In this document: positions 40,315-53,739 of the stretch, in pieces | Position numbering within the stretch: position 1 is the stretch's first letter | Layout of the letters: the number at the start of each line of letters is the position of its first letter | Origin: Eledone cirrhosa | Lineage: Eukaryota | NCBI GenBank assembly: GCA_964016885.1 | Contig: OZ024752.1 | Coordinates: 13,578,001-13,642,000, forward strand | Length of the DNA stretch: 64,000 bases | Direction of reading: 5' to 3' | Translations under genes and position numbers: made by a program | Notes under the pieces: generated by a model | The model's database searches: none | The model's input: the letters and a program-made list of their open reading frames with translations, nothing else | What the model was told of the DNA's origin: nothing

Positions 40315-40783
40315 ATGAATGTATGTATAGTATATTTGGCAATATACCGTATGTTTAATAAAAATATTTAGAAGACCATTCACTATCAGTTTTAAAGTAT
40401 TGACTATATCACTTCTATTTTCGGAAAAGGATGGCAACTGTTTCTCACTGTTTGGCGTTTATCAAAGCCTTTGCTGAAAATTATAGAAGCTGGATTCTTA
40501 TAGAATTCCAGTAATAATCAGTAGCTGATTACACAGAGTGATTGTCGGTCTAGCAAAAATTAGGTATTAATTAGTATTGGTGCTCTGAAATAGCGATGTA
40601 TAAATGAATGTATGTATAGTAAATGCCAAGCAGCGAGAAACAGCTGTCAGCCATTCTCCCAGCCTTTGCCAAAAATATAAGTAAGGGACTTAGTCACTAC
40701 TTTAAAACTGATAGCGAATGGTCTTCTAAATGTTTTTAATTAAACATACAGTATATTGCCAAATATACTATACATACATTCAT
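40315..40783. repeat. Inverted repeat with ~150-bp arms between TA tracts
   Basis: 40315-40461 vs 40619-40783; right arm contains GAAAC agct GTC. Confidence 0.85.
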
Positions 40784-40836
40784 GTATACATCGCTATTGC
40801 CATTTCAACAGGTAGTTCCAGACTGATAGCCAAAGG

Positions 40837-40876
<40 letters not shown>

Positions 40877-40878
<2 letters not shown>

Positions 40879-41203
40879 TTCATCATCATCATCATCATTT
40901 CGTTTTAAGTCCGCTTTTTCCCTGCTTGCAAGGGTGGGACAGGAACTGATTCTGGCTTGATTTCTACAGCTGGATGCCCTTCCTAACACCAACCTCATCT
41001 ACAGTGAGTAATGGGTGCTTTTGTGCCGTGGCACCTCCACGACACTTTGCAGTGCAATGATATGGACGCCAGTCCCTATCATCTCATTTCTACAGCTGAG
41101 TAAACTGAAGCAATGTGAAATAACGTGTCTTGTTCAAGGAAACAACACATCACCCGGTCTGAGAAATGAAGACCGGGTGATGTGTTGTTTCCTTGAGCAA
41201 GAC

Positions 41204-41207
<4 letters not shown>
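40877..41207 (-). mobile_element. RTE-tailed SINE with 5' fold-back inversion
   Basis: Matches 55872-56150; hairpin 41125-41204. Confidence 0.82.
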
Positions 41208-41238
<31 letters not shown>

Positions 41239-41333
41239 AAGGTATATATTGAGTTAGGAACTCAAAATAGTCCCTTACAACAAAATAGCGGTAAGAAAGA
41301 GATATTTCCGAGCCGTATATTATAATAGAATAT

Positions 41334-41397
<64 letters not shown>

Positions 41398-41494
41398 CCA
41401 ATGATGGTTGGCAAATCACTGACGAAGGACTATTTTTATCAAATGTAACCCATGTGCAAACCACGCAGTATTCTTCTTTCTTCTCATGTTTTTT

Positions 41495-41832
<338 letters not shown>

Positions 41833-42299
41833 GTTAATAAATGAAACAAACAAAACACACAAGGCAAATTAATACAGTTATATTAGGTTCAAACACCCAC
41901 ACACACATATATATATATATAAAAAGAGAGAGGTTTGAGTGATAGATATATAAATAGGGGTAATGGATGGATAAAGATAGAAGAGAATAACTATAATATA
42001 AAAGACATAAAAATACTGATAAGAAAGAACTAATGTGTTTTTGCCATTATATAAAACATGGATATCTAACACAAAGCCATCATAGTTCAAACCAATGACT
42101 GGTGCCGTCTCTTGATAACTATTGAAGCATTATAATAAGCCTGAAGGCCACCATAAGTAAAGGTTCTCTCCTCAAACAGGACACCTGACATTTACAACGA
42201 GATAATTAATTTTGCTAAATGTTGAATGTCAGTCAAATATTTTTTTATGCAAATTACATTATTTTTATTGTCAAATGTGTTGTTGTTGTCCTTGTATGT

Positions 42300-43100
42300 T
42301 ATCTCTTTCTCTTAATTTTGAGTATATTTTTTTGACCGGCCACCTTCCTGGTGGCAAGGTTGTACAAGAAAAGAAATTGTCATCCCTTGAATCGCAAGAA
42401 TGTTTTGCAAATTTTGAAGGTGCCAGCTATCGCAGCCATTTGTAGACTATGAATTAGGGAGCTGCGCTCTTTGTCCGCAAATCCAAGTTCAGTCATACGT
42501 TGGTCCAAGTGGGTTGGTGTATAACCCGTAGCTCCAATAACGATGGGTATGAAGCTAAAGGTGTATCTTGGATACTGGATTTGTAAACTCCTCATCAATG
42601 GTCCGTAGATGTCCTCCTTCTCCTGTATTTTTCTGACAACGTTTACATCAAGTGGGCAGCTGATCTCCACAACAGAACACGTTTTCAATGTATGGTCCCA
42701 AACAACAATATCAGGCCGGTTGTGCTTTAATTTGGTGGCAGTTTTTATTTTCAGGTTCCACCAGTATTCCTTAGTGCCATCTGTCTCAATATATTCTTCC
42801 TCGTTTGTTGTTAATTTTGTTCTAGCTATCCCATCGTGTCTCATGGGGAGATAGTAACGAGATGACATTCTTTCGCAGCTGGCAACACTGTGGCTTACAT
42901 CCTCGATCTTTGTTTTACATAGCCTACATTTATTGTCAGCTGCTGGCCCTCCCCTTTTGTGCAGCAGATATTTGGTAGGGAGTTCTTGTTCCTGTATTGC
43001 AAGGTGTGATGTCATAAACTTGTCGGAACTCGATGCCAGGCTTTTTGAGTGGTTTATCCCCTCTATGGTCTGTGTTTTACGTCTCAAGTATCCATGCACA
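42300..43100 (-). mobile_element. 5'-truncated R4/Dong-like non-LTR element (restriction-like endonuclease domain)
   Basis: ORF 42380-43099: AIQEQ, CRLC..E..SH..SC zinc knuckle, RHD, NRPDIVVWD..VVEISCP, K..Y, PIVIGATG. Confidence 0.85.
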
Positions 43101-43139
43101 AATTTTTTTGTAAATTGGTCAATTTATGTATGTATGTAT

Positions 43140-43640
43140 GTAAAAACTGGTTTGATTGTGGCTGACTGGGAGATAGAAGCTCTTGAAAGAGAAACTTGGT
43201 GTGGAATGATGATGGAGTCCATAATTTTGAGGACAGATGCATAGAGCACGAGAAGATCAAACGAGATGTGGGTAAGCAATGCCCTTGTGTATCTCTTGAA
43301 ACGATCGGTGTCTCCATTGAATTGAAGTACCCTGTGTGTGCAAAAATTTGCTTGAGCAAATCAGGTCTCAGGAGTCACAGTCGTAGTCATGTTCAAAGAG
43401 AACCAGTGAACTATGATCTCCACGGTATTGTGAAGGTTCACAAGCAACCTGATGTAAGACCTGAGGCCAGGGAGATCAATAGTTGTTATCGGTGTACGAA
43501 GGAGTGCAAGTCTCTAGCAGGCTTGAAAAGCCATATCCGAGCGTCACACACTGGATCTGACAAGCGATTGCAATACTCTTGGCAGAGTTTACAGCCATCA
43601 TGCATGCATGCATGTATGTATTTATGTATGTATGTATGTA
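43140..43640 (+). mobile_element. 3' end of an RTE/BovB-like LINE with two C2H2 fingers and (TATG)n tail
   Basis: WEIEALERETW, PVCAKICLSKSGLRSHSRSH, CYRCTKECKSLAGLKSHIRASH; terminal ~55 bp also at 29390-29445. Confidence 0.72.
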
Positions 43641-43802
43641 TCTCTTTCTCTTAATTTCGAGTACATTTTTGACCGGCCACCTTCCTGGTTGCAAGGTTGT
43701 AAAAGAAAAGAAATTGCCATCCCTTGAATCGCAAGAATGTTTTGCAAATTTTGAAGGTGCCAGCTATTGCAGCCATTTGTAGTCTATGAAATAGGGAGCT
43801 GC
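43640..43802 (-). mobile_element. Second short 3' copy of the R4/Dong-like element
   Basis: Near-duplicate of 42300-42465. Confidence 0.85.
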
Positions 43803-43837
43803 ATATGTATGTATGTATGTACGAATATATATATTTA

Positions 43838-43953
<116 letters not shown>

Positions 43954-44699
43954 CTTCAGGTTTTATAATTTTATAAATGTTTACCAATAGAGAGAGAGAG
44001 TCAGTTTCTAACATAGACACAAGACTCTTTCTTTGAAATTTACACATCAACTAGATTAAATGTTTGCATCTGTTTGTATGTGCAGCTATGGCTGTTATTG
44101 TACATGTGGAGGTAAATGTTTTTCAGTTGTCTGTATGCATGTGCATATGTTTTGTATCTGTACATGTGTACATGGAATTATTACATGCAGAATTTTTGGA
44201 ATGTTTTACATACTTTTGCTGTTCCATTAATGGATTGTACTTGTAATTTCCTAATGTGTGTATGTATGTATGTATGTTTTCACATACCTATATATATAGA
44301 AACGTATGCTGAAGGGACGTTTGAGAAATGTAATGTATTTCACTCCATTTTCTTGTCTCTCCATGTTTTACACGGTTCATTTACTTAGAATCCAATCCTT
44401 TCAATTTTATTCGATAATTCTGTCAGACCCTCAAAAACAATCTTCTCGTATTTAAACTCTGATTACTGTTATACGTTCGTTTAATAACCTTCTCGTATTT
44501 AAACACTGATTACTGTTATACCTTCATTTAAATTATGGTCGAATTTGTAGGTTTAGATTATAAAAATAACCTCGTTAACTTCCCCATATCCCTTCCCCCT
44601 GCTCCTACTCGCCACCATTATTATATGGTCGAATCATAATTCAGCGGCTTATATGTTTCTCTTACCGATCTCTTTCACAAAACGACCGCCTTAGCTATC

Positions 44700-47600
44700 A
44701 CTCTTTAAGTTTAAACCTGGTTGCTTTTGATATGCTAGATGGACTATAGAATTCTGGAGAGTACGAAGAATCTGGACACTCAAATGACAATGTCAAAGAT
44801 AAAGATAAATTCACCTCATGTTGCTGGACGAGAATGCAAGGATTCCTCTTTATTTCAGACGCGGATGGCAAACATAACCCCATCTCCCTCACCCCTTCCT
44901 ACACCTCCAACCCATGCCTTCCACCCACCAAATGAAATCCAAAACTTTAGAGTTGGTACCATGAATGTAGGCACTTTGAAAGGTCGCTCTAATGAGGTTG
45001 TAGAGATGCTTGAACGTAAGGAAGTTGATGTTTGTTGCGTCCAAGAGACTAGGTGGAGGGGTGGGTCTGCTAGATTCATTGTGGGTAAAAAAACGATGCT
45101 ATAAATTTTCTGGGTGGGAAATGAAAATGGGCTGGGTGGAGTAGGAATTATGTTAGAAGAAAAATGGGTAGATCAGGTAATTGACGTAAATAAAGTGAAC
45201 GACAGAATAATTAAAATAAGACTTGTCCTAAATAGAACTACTGTGACAATAATATCTGCGTACGCACCCCAAACTGGACTGCCTGGCGTTATAAAAGAGA
45301 GATTATATGAGTCGCTAATGCTCACTACGTCCCAACTAACCAACAGTGACTACATAATTATTGCTGGCGACCTAAATGGTAATGTTGAACAACATTGTGA
45401 CGGCTATGACAGAATCCATGGAGGCTACGGAATTCTGGAATTCTGTGACGCAAATAACCTAACTATCTGTAACACAAACTTCAAAAAACGAGACAATCAC
45501 TTGATCACCTATAGATCAGGGCAACACGCCAGTCAAATAGATTATATCCTTACCAAAGTGTCGGTTGTAAACACTAAATCCCTCCCCCGTGAAGAATGCA
45601 CCTCCCAACATAGCCTCATAGTTAGTGACGTCATAGTCAGGATGAGACGTACTCGACAACAGAGGAGGACTACCCTGAGAAGAATATGAAAGTTAAAGGA
45701 CCCCACAGCCAGTAACAAATTTAAAAGCATATTACTGGAAACTTTTGACAGTAAGGAAGAGCAATTAGAGATGTACAGTATAGAGGAACAATGGGAATTC
45801 CTGAAAGTTAACCTGCTGAAGGCGACAGATGAAATCTGTGGCTGGAGCAGACCTATAGGCAGAAGGAGAGTAACATGGTGGTGGAATAGTAAGGTGGAGG
45901 AGTCAATCAAGGCCAAAAAGCAGGCTTGGAAAGTATGACAGGATGGGGGAAGTAGAGAAGACTATCAAGTGGCCAGGAGGGAAGCTAGGAGACAAGTGTA
46001 CTTCGCAAGAAGGGAAGCAGAGGAAAGAAAGTTCAAGCATGTTCTACAACGCGAGGACCCAAAACGTGAGGTGTTCAGGATTGCTAGGCAATGTGTCAAG
46101 GAAAACCGTGATATTGTCGGGGAGAAGTGTGTCCTTAATGATGATGGTGTACTTGCCATCACTGACGCTGATAAGAAGGTAGCTTGGAAGTGTCACTACG
46201 AGAGGTACTAAATGAGGAGAATAAGTGGGAAAAAGATAGTCTGCCTGAAATCGATCCAATAGAGGGACCAGCAGTGCAAGTTGAAGGTAGTATAATAAGT
46301 AAGGCAATCAAAGATATGAAGACAGGCAAAGCAGCTGGGCCTTCGGAGATAGTTGCTGAAATGCTGAAAGCATCTGGATCAGTTGGACACACTATGATCA
46401 CCCAGACAGTAAACCAAGTCATACAGAATGGGGTCATACCAAATGACTGGCATAGCAGCATCATCATTAACTGCTACTAGGGTAAAGGAGATGCCCTAGA
46501 TAGGGGAAACTATAGAGGCATTAAATTAATTGACCAGGTCATGAAGGTCACAGAAAGAGTTATAGTGCAACTAATCAGAGATCAAATTGATCTAGATGAA
46601 ATGCAGTTTGGGTTTGTGTCAGGTAAAATTACTACAGACGCTCTTTTCCGTGTACGACAACTACAGGAGAAGTACCTAGCTAAAAGTAAAACCCTATACT
46701 TAGTTTTTATTGACTTGGAGAAAGCCTTTGACAGAGTCCCCCACTCCATTATCTGGTGGGCTCTTAGAAAACTAGGTGTTGATGAATGGCTTGTGAGAGC
46801 TATACAAGCCATGTATAAAGAAACAGTCAGTTAAATTAAGGTTAAAATTAACAACGAATATAGTTTAGCGTAAAAGTTGGTGTTCATCAGGGCTCTGTCC
46901 TTAGCCCCCTCCTATTTATTATTGCCCTTCAGGCTATAACAGAGGAGTTCAAGACCGGCTGCCCAAGGGAACTTCTCTATGCAGATGATCTAACGCTCAT
47001 AGCTGAATCATTGACTGAACTAGAGAAGAAATTCCAAACATGGAAGAATGGCCTAGAATCAAAAGGCCTTAAAATTAACTTGTCTAAGACTAAAGTTCTA
47101 GTATGTAGCAAGGAAAATAGGGCACTGGTCCCCTCTGGGAAATGGCCGTGCTCAGTGTGTAGGAAAGGAGTAGGCAGAAACTCCATTTTATGTCCCAAAT
47201 GCAAAGTATGGGTGCATAAAAGATGTAGTGGGGTCACAGGTAAGCTAACTAAGAGAATATATTTTATATGTGGCTGGTGCTCAGGTGCAATAAGTAGTAG
47301 TGCCCAGATGGTTCTATAGAAATAGTGGACAGCTTCCGTTACCTGGGAGAAAAAATCAGCAGTGGTGGAGGGTGCTCTGAAAGTACAGTAGCCAGAGTCA
47401 GAACGGGATGGAAAAAGTTCAGAGAGCTTATACCACTATTGGCCGCTAAAGGTTTCTCCCTAAAAATGAAAGGCAGACTGTATGCACATGGCAGTGAGAC
47501 ATGGGCATTGTGTGCAGAGGATCTGCGCAGACTGGAGAGGAATGAAGCTTGCATGCTCCGTTGGATGTGTAATAGTAATATACGTGAACGGCAAAGCATA

Positions 47601-48260
47601 ACTGAACTAAGTGAGAAATTAGGATCTGGTCAGATGCTGTTTACTCGAGAGAAGACTACGTTGGTATGGTCACATGATGCGCATGAAAGACTACAGCTGT
47701 ATAAAAAAGTGCAAGGCGATCAAAATTGATGGAAGCTACGGAGTAGGCAGACCCAGAAAAACCTGGGACGATTTGATAAATTCCGACCTTACACACTACA
47801 CCTCTCCAAGACAATGTCACTGGACCGAGATCTTTGGCGCTACGCAGTAATACAGAAAACCCGCCTTGTCTAAGTACAAAGCGAAACCTACAGTCAGTAG
47901 GCACCTCTTAACAAAAAATACACTGCCATCCCACTACCTCTACTCCACCCCATCTACACCACCCCTTTCTCTGTAAAGTTATGTTGGTACCACAATATCC
48001 AGTCATAAATAAATGAGGTTGTGTAGGTGTCACAACAAAAAAAACACAGTCCACGCTGTAATGTGGCCGTGTAGGTAACACGGTAAAAACCTCCCAGTCT
48101 ACACTGTAAACGTGGTTGGTGTTAGGAAGGGCATCCAGCCGTAGAAAACCTGCCAGACAGTCCCATATGAGCAGGACAACCAATCTTGCCTCAAATGGGA
48201 CAATTCTCGTCTAAACCCATGCTAGCGTGGAAGATAGACGTTAAACGACGATGATGATGA
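44700..48260 (+). mobile_element. Near full-length, inactivated RTE-clade LINE (APE + RT with PHD-like insert)
   Basis: RVGTMNVGTL, VQETRW, ISAYAPQ, AGDLNG, SQIDYI; QFGF, FIDLEKAFD, GVHQGSVLSPLLF, YADDL, WPCSVC..C..C..WVHKRC, HGSETW; several stops and frameshifts; 3' UTR ends in (GAT)n. Confidence 0.95.
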
Positions 48261-48960
48261 TATACATATATATGTAAATTGATATTCAGACAGGTACATG
48301 AATATACATCATTACAGAATTGCAAGTAAACCATTGCTCAACAGCCAGGGTCAGCAAGGGTCAATTTTACATATCAAAGTTATCTTGGTACAAGTAATTG
48401 GAATTGAAAAGTTATACATACAGGTATTAAATTTAAAAATTGTAACCATTCTGAGGACAAATAAATTGTTACAGACGTCACTAGTAGGGTCCCCCCCCCC
48501 ACCACACTGCAGAGGGTCTGGGAAAATTGCCCCCTTTGTCCGCCTCCCTATTAAATCCAGCCCTGGTTCAGTAGACATATTTGTGGGCACAGTATAGTCG
48601 AATGTTTATAAAGTTTGCTTCACAATCTTTAGGTCCCTGGTTCAATCCCACTGCATAGTATTTTGGGCAAGTCTCATTTAATATAGTTTCATGTCCTTAG
48701 TGAAATTGGGTAGATGGAAACTGGAAGCTTGATGGAAAGGGCCAGCCTTATCACACACTGTGTTATGCTGAGACTCTCTGAGATTTAAGTTAAGAGTACA
48801 TGTGTCTGTAGAATGCTCAGGCACCTACATGTTAATTTCATGGACAGGCTATTTCATTGATCAAACAATTGAAACAGTCATTGTTGAAACCAACAAAGGT
48901 CAATTACATTCCAGAGGACCTAATCTGTTCCCATATTAACATTTCGATGTGGACATTAGA

Positions 48961-49232
48961 GGAGACCCGTGGCCTAGTGGTAAGGGTGTCAGACTTGCGA
49001 TCATAATATTATGGCTTCAATTCCCTGGACTGTGTTCTGCTCTTGAGCAAAATACTTCGTTTTATGTTGCTTCAGTATATTCAGCTGAAAATGAGTACCA
49101 GCAATACCTGGGGGTTTAACCCAGTGTTGGACTTGCATGGTGTCCAAGGGTAGACTTGTACACTCAGTCGCTTCACACCAATGGAAACCTGGGTAAGCAC
49201 CGGCCTGATGAGCCTCCGGGCTTGGACTTGGA
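48961..49232 (+). mobile_element. SINE family B
   Basis: Homologous to 26423-26703. Confidence 0.82.
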
Positions 49233-49533
49233 CATCGGGTACCCTTTGCAATCACTACTCTGTTGCAAGCATTCTGACCAGATTTTTGAACTGAAGTTAG
49301 ATACATTATGTCTCATTGGGAAAACTCTGAATAGTTGTTACTTCTTCCCTTTACCACCCATGAGTTTCAAAGGCCTTAACATTTGAGAGCTCCTTTCCTG
49401 TTTCATCTCACGAATACATTTTACAAAAATGGTACATGTCTGTGCATGATGAGTTTGGTGTAGGATTAACCCTTTGCCATTTACATTCCTCTATATATAC
49501 TATTGTATTTTTGTGGTAAAGGCTTTATCTTAC

Positions 49534-50528
49534 ACTAGCATTAAAGCCCGGCGTTGCTCGGGGTAATTAAGTTACCAAAGTTAGGTTGCACCACCCATTT
49601 TATGGCAGCACTTTTTTGTCTGCCAGGCACTGAGTGAATGAATTGCAGGCCTGGAAGCATGAGCTGCGCCAGCAGTGACAATTGTAGTTTCGCCTATGGA
49701 TATTATCTCTGTGCAAAAAAGTGTTGAAATTTATTGTTTCACAGTACTTGCAAAACACGCGCGTAGACGATGCCAGCCGAACAACAGAGCTGCGATGGAG
49801 TTGTTCTGCATGGTTGTCTGTGTGTTTTCTAAATTTAAGACAGTAGGGAGGGTTGTGATATGAGGGAGAGTTAGCTGTTGTTTCTAGAAGGTTTAGTGAC
49901 CTCATAGAGGATATGTGTTTTCTAAATTTAAGACAGTAGGGAGTGGTGTGATATGGGGGAGAGTTAGCTGCTGTTTCTAGCAGGTTTAGTGACCTCATAG
50001 AAGATATGTTTTCTAAATTTAAGACAGCAGGGAGGGGTGTGATATGGGGGAGAGTTAGCTGCTGTTTCTAGCAGGTTTGGTAACCTCATAGAGGATATGT
50101 GTTTTCTAAATTTAAGACAGTAGGGAGTGGTGTGGGGAGGGGTGTGATATGGGGGAGAGTTAGCTGCTGTTTCTAGCAGGTTTAGTAACCTCATAGAGGA
50201 TGTGTTTTCTAAATTTAAGACAGTAGGGAGTGGTGTGAACGGAGAGTATCACCATCAAGTTTGGACAGAGAAAGTAGCAGAAAATATGAAGTTGTATAGA
50301 TTTTGAATGGTAGTAGAAAGTTTCAGCAGTTTAAATGAGAGAGAAAAATCGTAAAATATTGAGTTTTATCTATTTTTTGCGTAATTGTGGGTGAAATTGA
50401 AAAAATTATATGCGTCAAGACGCAATCGAAACTATTTCGAGTACTGAATTGTAAATTTCAATTGAAGAAATTCTAAATCGTAGATTTCTATAACGAAGGA
50501 GCATGACCACACACTGAGCTTTATAGAT
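49534..50528 (+). mobile_element. Helitron/HINE-like element inserted in a piggyBac-type MITE, carrying a ~93-bp tandem array (49820-50238)
   Basis: ACTAGC..gcccggcgttgctcggg hairpin start; MITE sequence at 49467-49530 resumes at ~50531. Confidence 0.65.
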
Positions 50529-50886
50529 TATGATAATTATCTAACATAATATTGAATCTATGTTATTTATTTTGAGAACAATATCTCAACCCAGTACACC
50601 CTGTAAAGTGCTAGTGCTCGTGTGACACAAAATGTACCCAGCACATCATGTAAGGTGGTTGGTTTTTGAAAGGGCATCCAGCCATAGAAACCATGACAAA
50701 TATGGAAGGTAACAAGCAAGATTGATTGCTCGGACATATCATGTTTTTGACTATGATAATCTGTCCAACCCATGCCATTTGGAAATGGGGCTTAAAATGA
50801 TTATGATGATGATGATGATAACTGTATACATCATACAGTTCTTCTTGATGTGAATGGCAGTAAATATTACCTGCATATAGCATATA

Positions 50887-51113
50887 CAGGGTGTCCCCCC
50901 AAAAATGTATACACACTTAGATTACCTGTACAGGAAATATGTGTGTTTTCATACTTCCAGTATCATTTTAGGATGAATTTCTTTTGTTTGTAGCTAAGTC
51001 TTGAAGCCATTATCAATTCTGATGGGTAAAATTTGAGAAGTAAAAAAGTAGATTTGAGTTTGGCAAAAGTTATTTGCCATTGAAGTTTGTATACACTTTT
51101 TAAGGACACCCTG
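50887..51113. mobile_element. Tc1/mariner-type MITE
   Basis: TA-flanked TIRs cagggtgtcc..aaaatgtatacac / gtatacactttt..ggacaccctg. Confidence 0.78.
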
Positions 51114-51892
51114 TAATTATAACTAAAATATAAATTTCTGATTTCGGCACAAGGTCAACAATTTTGTGGAAGGGGAAAGTCAATTAAATCACTGGTTCTT
51201 TATTTCATTGACCACATAAGGATGAAAGGTAAAGCTAACCTAGGCAGAATTTGAACTCAGATCGTAAAAGGATGTAACTCTATGCCATAAAGCATGTAGT
51301 TCAATGCTCTACCAATACTGCCAATCTACCACCCTTTATAACTAAAATATAGTGAGTTAAATAAGATTTCTGTGGCCATATACCATATGCGTAATTGATA
51401 TAGGTCAATCAATGTTTTACCAGATTTATAAAAATATCAGTCTGTTGATGTGACAGGTGTGTTCAGGTAACCTAAACAGTTTGAAAAATGTAATTAAACT
51501 AATTATAGAAAGAGATATTGCTAAGGAAATGAAAACATCAAAATCACGAGAAATGTTAATTACAAAAGTAGCAAATTGAAGCTACAAAAGATATATTTGT
51601 CTTATCTTAAATAATGTGATTATAGAAACTTCTTATTTCCTATTGTCTTTAAATCTTCTATATTAGTCAGGGTGGATTTTTATTCCTTCATACACTTCAT
51701 GACATTAGGGGTTGACATTTGTAATGTGTCCAGCCATAGACAACATACCAAATATGGAGTGTGTCAGCAAAATGGGAGTCAACCTGATCTGCCTGATCTT
51801 GAACCATGACAACCCATCCAACCCATGCCATTGTAGAGAGTACATGTAAAAATGATAATAGGGATAATGATGACAGTAGTACCATCTCAGTG

Positions 51893-52225
51893 AAGGCACA
51901 TGGCTTGCTGGTTAGAGCATTGGGCTTACAATAGAGAAGTTCTGAGTTTGATTCCGGATGATGCATTATGTCCTTGAGCAAGACACTTTATTTCATGTTG
52001 CATGAGTTTACTCAGCTGTAGAAATGAGTTGCGACGTCACTGGTGTCAAGTTTTATCGGCCATTGCCTTTCCTTTGGACAACATTAGTGGCGTGGGGAGG
52101 GGAGCCTGGTATACATGGGTGACTACAGGTCTTCCACAAACAAATCTTGCCCAGGCTGGTGCTGCCTCGGAGGGAAACTTTCTAGGTGCAAAACCATGGT
52201 CATTCATGACCGATGGGTGCTTTGA
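51893..52225 (+). mobile_element. SINE family C
   Basis: tRNA head; body gagttgcgacgtcactgg..aactttctaggtgcaaaaccatgg matches 13160-13500. Confidence 0.8.
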
Positions 52226-52526
52226 AAATCACCATCCCACATGTGTTCCTGTGTTCCCGTGTCACTTATAAATCAAGTTTTGTAAAGAATTACTAACTGA
52301 TCATGTCTGTAGCATATTCTGACTTTACCTGAAATGATTTATATACTAAGTAACATTTCTAGTTAATATCATGGTTTTGATGGCAGTTTCCATGATATAT
52401 ACAGTGATTAAGCCTGTGTTCTCTTAAAAGAGTCAAGGTTTTCATGTCACCATTGAAAGATATTCTTATTAGAAGTGACAGCTACTTTGTCATTAATGTA
52501 CAGAAGAAAAGGAATAGGAGATGTTG

Positions 52527-53696
52527 TTGGGTTATACTTGACTTAGTGGAACTCTTTAGTTTGGGTTATACATGAATTAGTGGAACTCTTTAGTTTGGGT
52601 TTTACATGAATTAGTGGAACTCTTTAGTTTGGGTTATACATGAATTAGTGGAACTCTTTAGTTTGGGTTATACTTGAATTAGTGGAACTCTTTATTTTGG
52701 GTTATACGTGAATTAGTGGAACTCTTTAGTTTGGGTTATACTTGGATTAGTGGAACTCTTTAGTATGGGTTATACTTGAATTAGATGAACTCTTTAGTTT
52801 GGGTTATACATGAATTAGAGGAACTCTTTAGTTTGGGTTATACTTGAATTAGAGGAACTCTTTAGTTTGGGTTATACTTGAATTAGTGGAACTCTTTAGT
52901 TTGGGTTTTACATGAATTAGTGGAACTCTTTAGTTTGGGTTATACATGAATTAGTGGAACTCTTTAGTTTAGGTTATACTTGAATTAGTGGAACTCTTTA
53001 GTTTGGGTTATACATGAATTAGTGGAACTCTTTAGTTTGGGTTATACTTGACTTAGTGGAATTCTTTAGTTTGGGTTATACATGAATTAGTGGAACTCTT
53101 TAGTTTGGGTTATACTTGAATTAGTGGAACTCTTTATTTTGGGTTATACATGAATTAGTGGAACTCTTTAGTTTGGGTTATACTTGGATTAGTGGAACTC
53201 TTTAGTATTGGTTATACTTGAATTAGATGAACTCTTTAGTTTGGGTTATACTTGAATTAGAGGAACTCTTTAGTTTGGGTTATACTTGAATTAGTGGAAC
53301 TCTTTATTTTGGGTTATACATGAATTAGTGGAACTCTTTAGTTTGGGTTATACTTGGATTAGTGGAACTCTTTATTTTGGGTTATACATGAATTAGTGGA
53401 ACTCTTTAGTTTGGGTTATACATGAATTAGAGGAACTCTTTAGTTTGGGTTATACTTGAATTAGAGGAACTCTTTAGTTTAGGTTATACTTGAATTAGAG
53501 GAACTCTTTAGTTTGGGTTATACTTGACTTTGTGGAACTCTTTATTTTGGGTTATACATGAATTAGTGGAATTCTTTAGTTTGGGTTATACTTGAATTAG
53601 AGGAACTCTTTAGTTTGGGTTATACTTGACTTAGTGGAACTCTTTAGTATGGGTTATACATGAATTAGTGGAACTCTTTACTTTGGGTTATACTTG
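52527..53696. repeat. 34-bp minisatellite, ~34 units
   Basis: Unit ttgggttatacWtgaattagtggaactctttagt. Confidence 0.97.
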
Positions 53697-53739
53697 TTTG
53701 TGTACAATACTGCCATAGAAATTTGAAGGGTTACATTCT

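Noticed and set aside
41417-41440. CTGACGA-aggac hammerhead start
   Set aside because: No matching stem II or GAAA downstream; at most a deleted remnant
43196-43654. Host C2H2 zinc-finger gene
   Set aside because: No TGEKP linkers; preceded by an RTE-type C-terminal motif and followed by a short UTR and (TATG)n tail that recurs at 29390
52527-53696. CRISPR-like or telomere-like array
   Set aside because: Head-to-tail units with no unique spacers and no cas genes; TTGGGTTA is not a TTAGGG run
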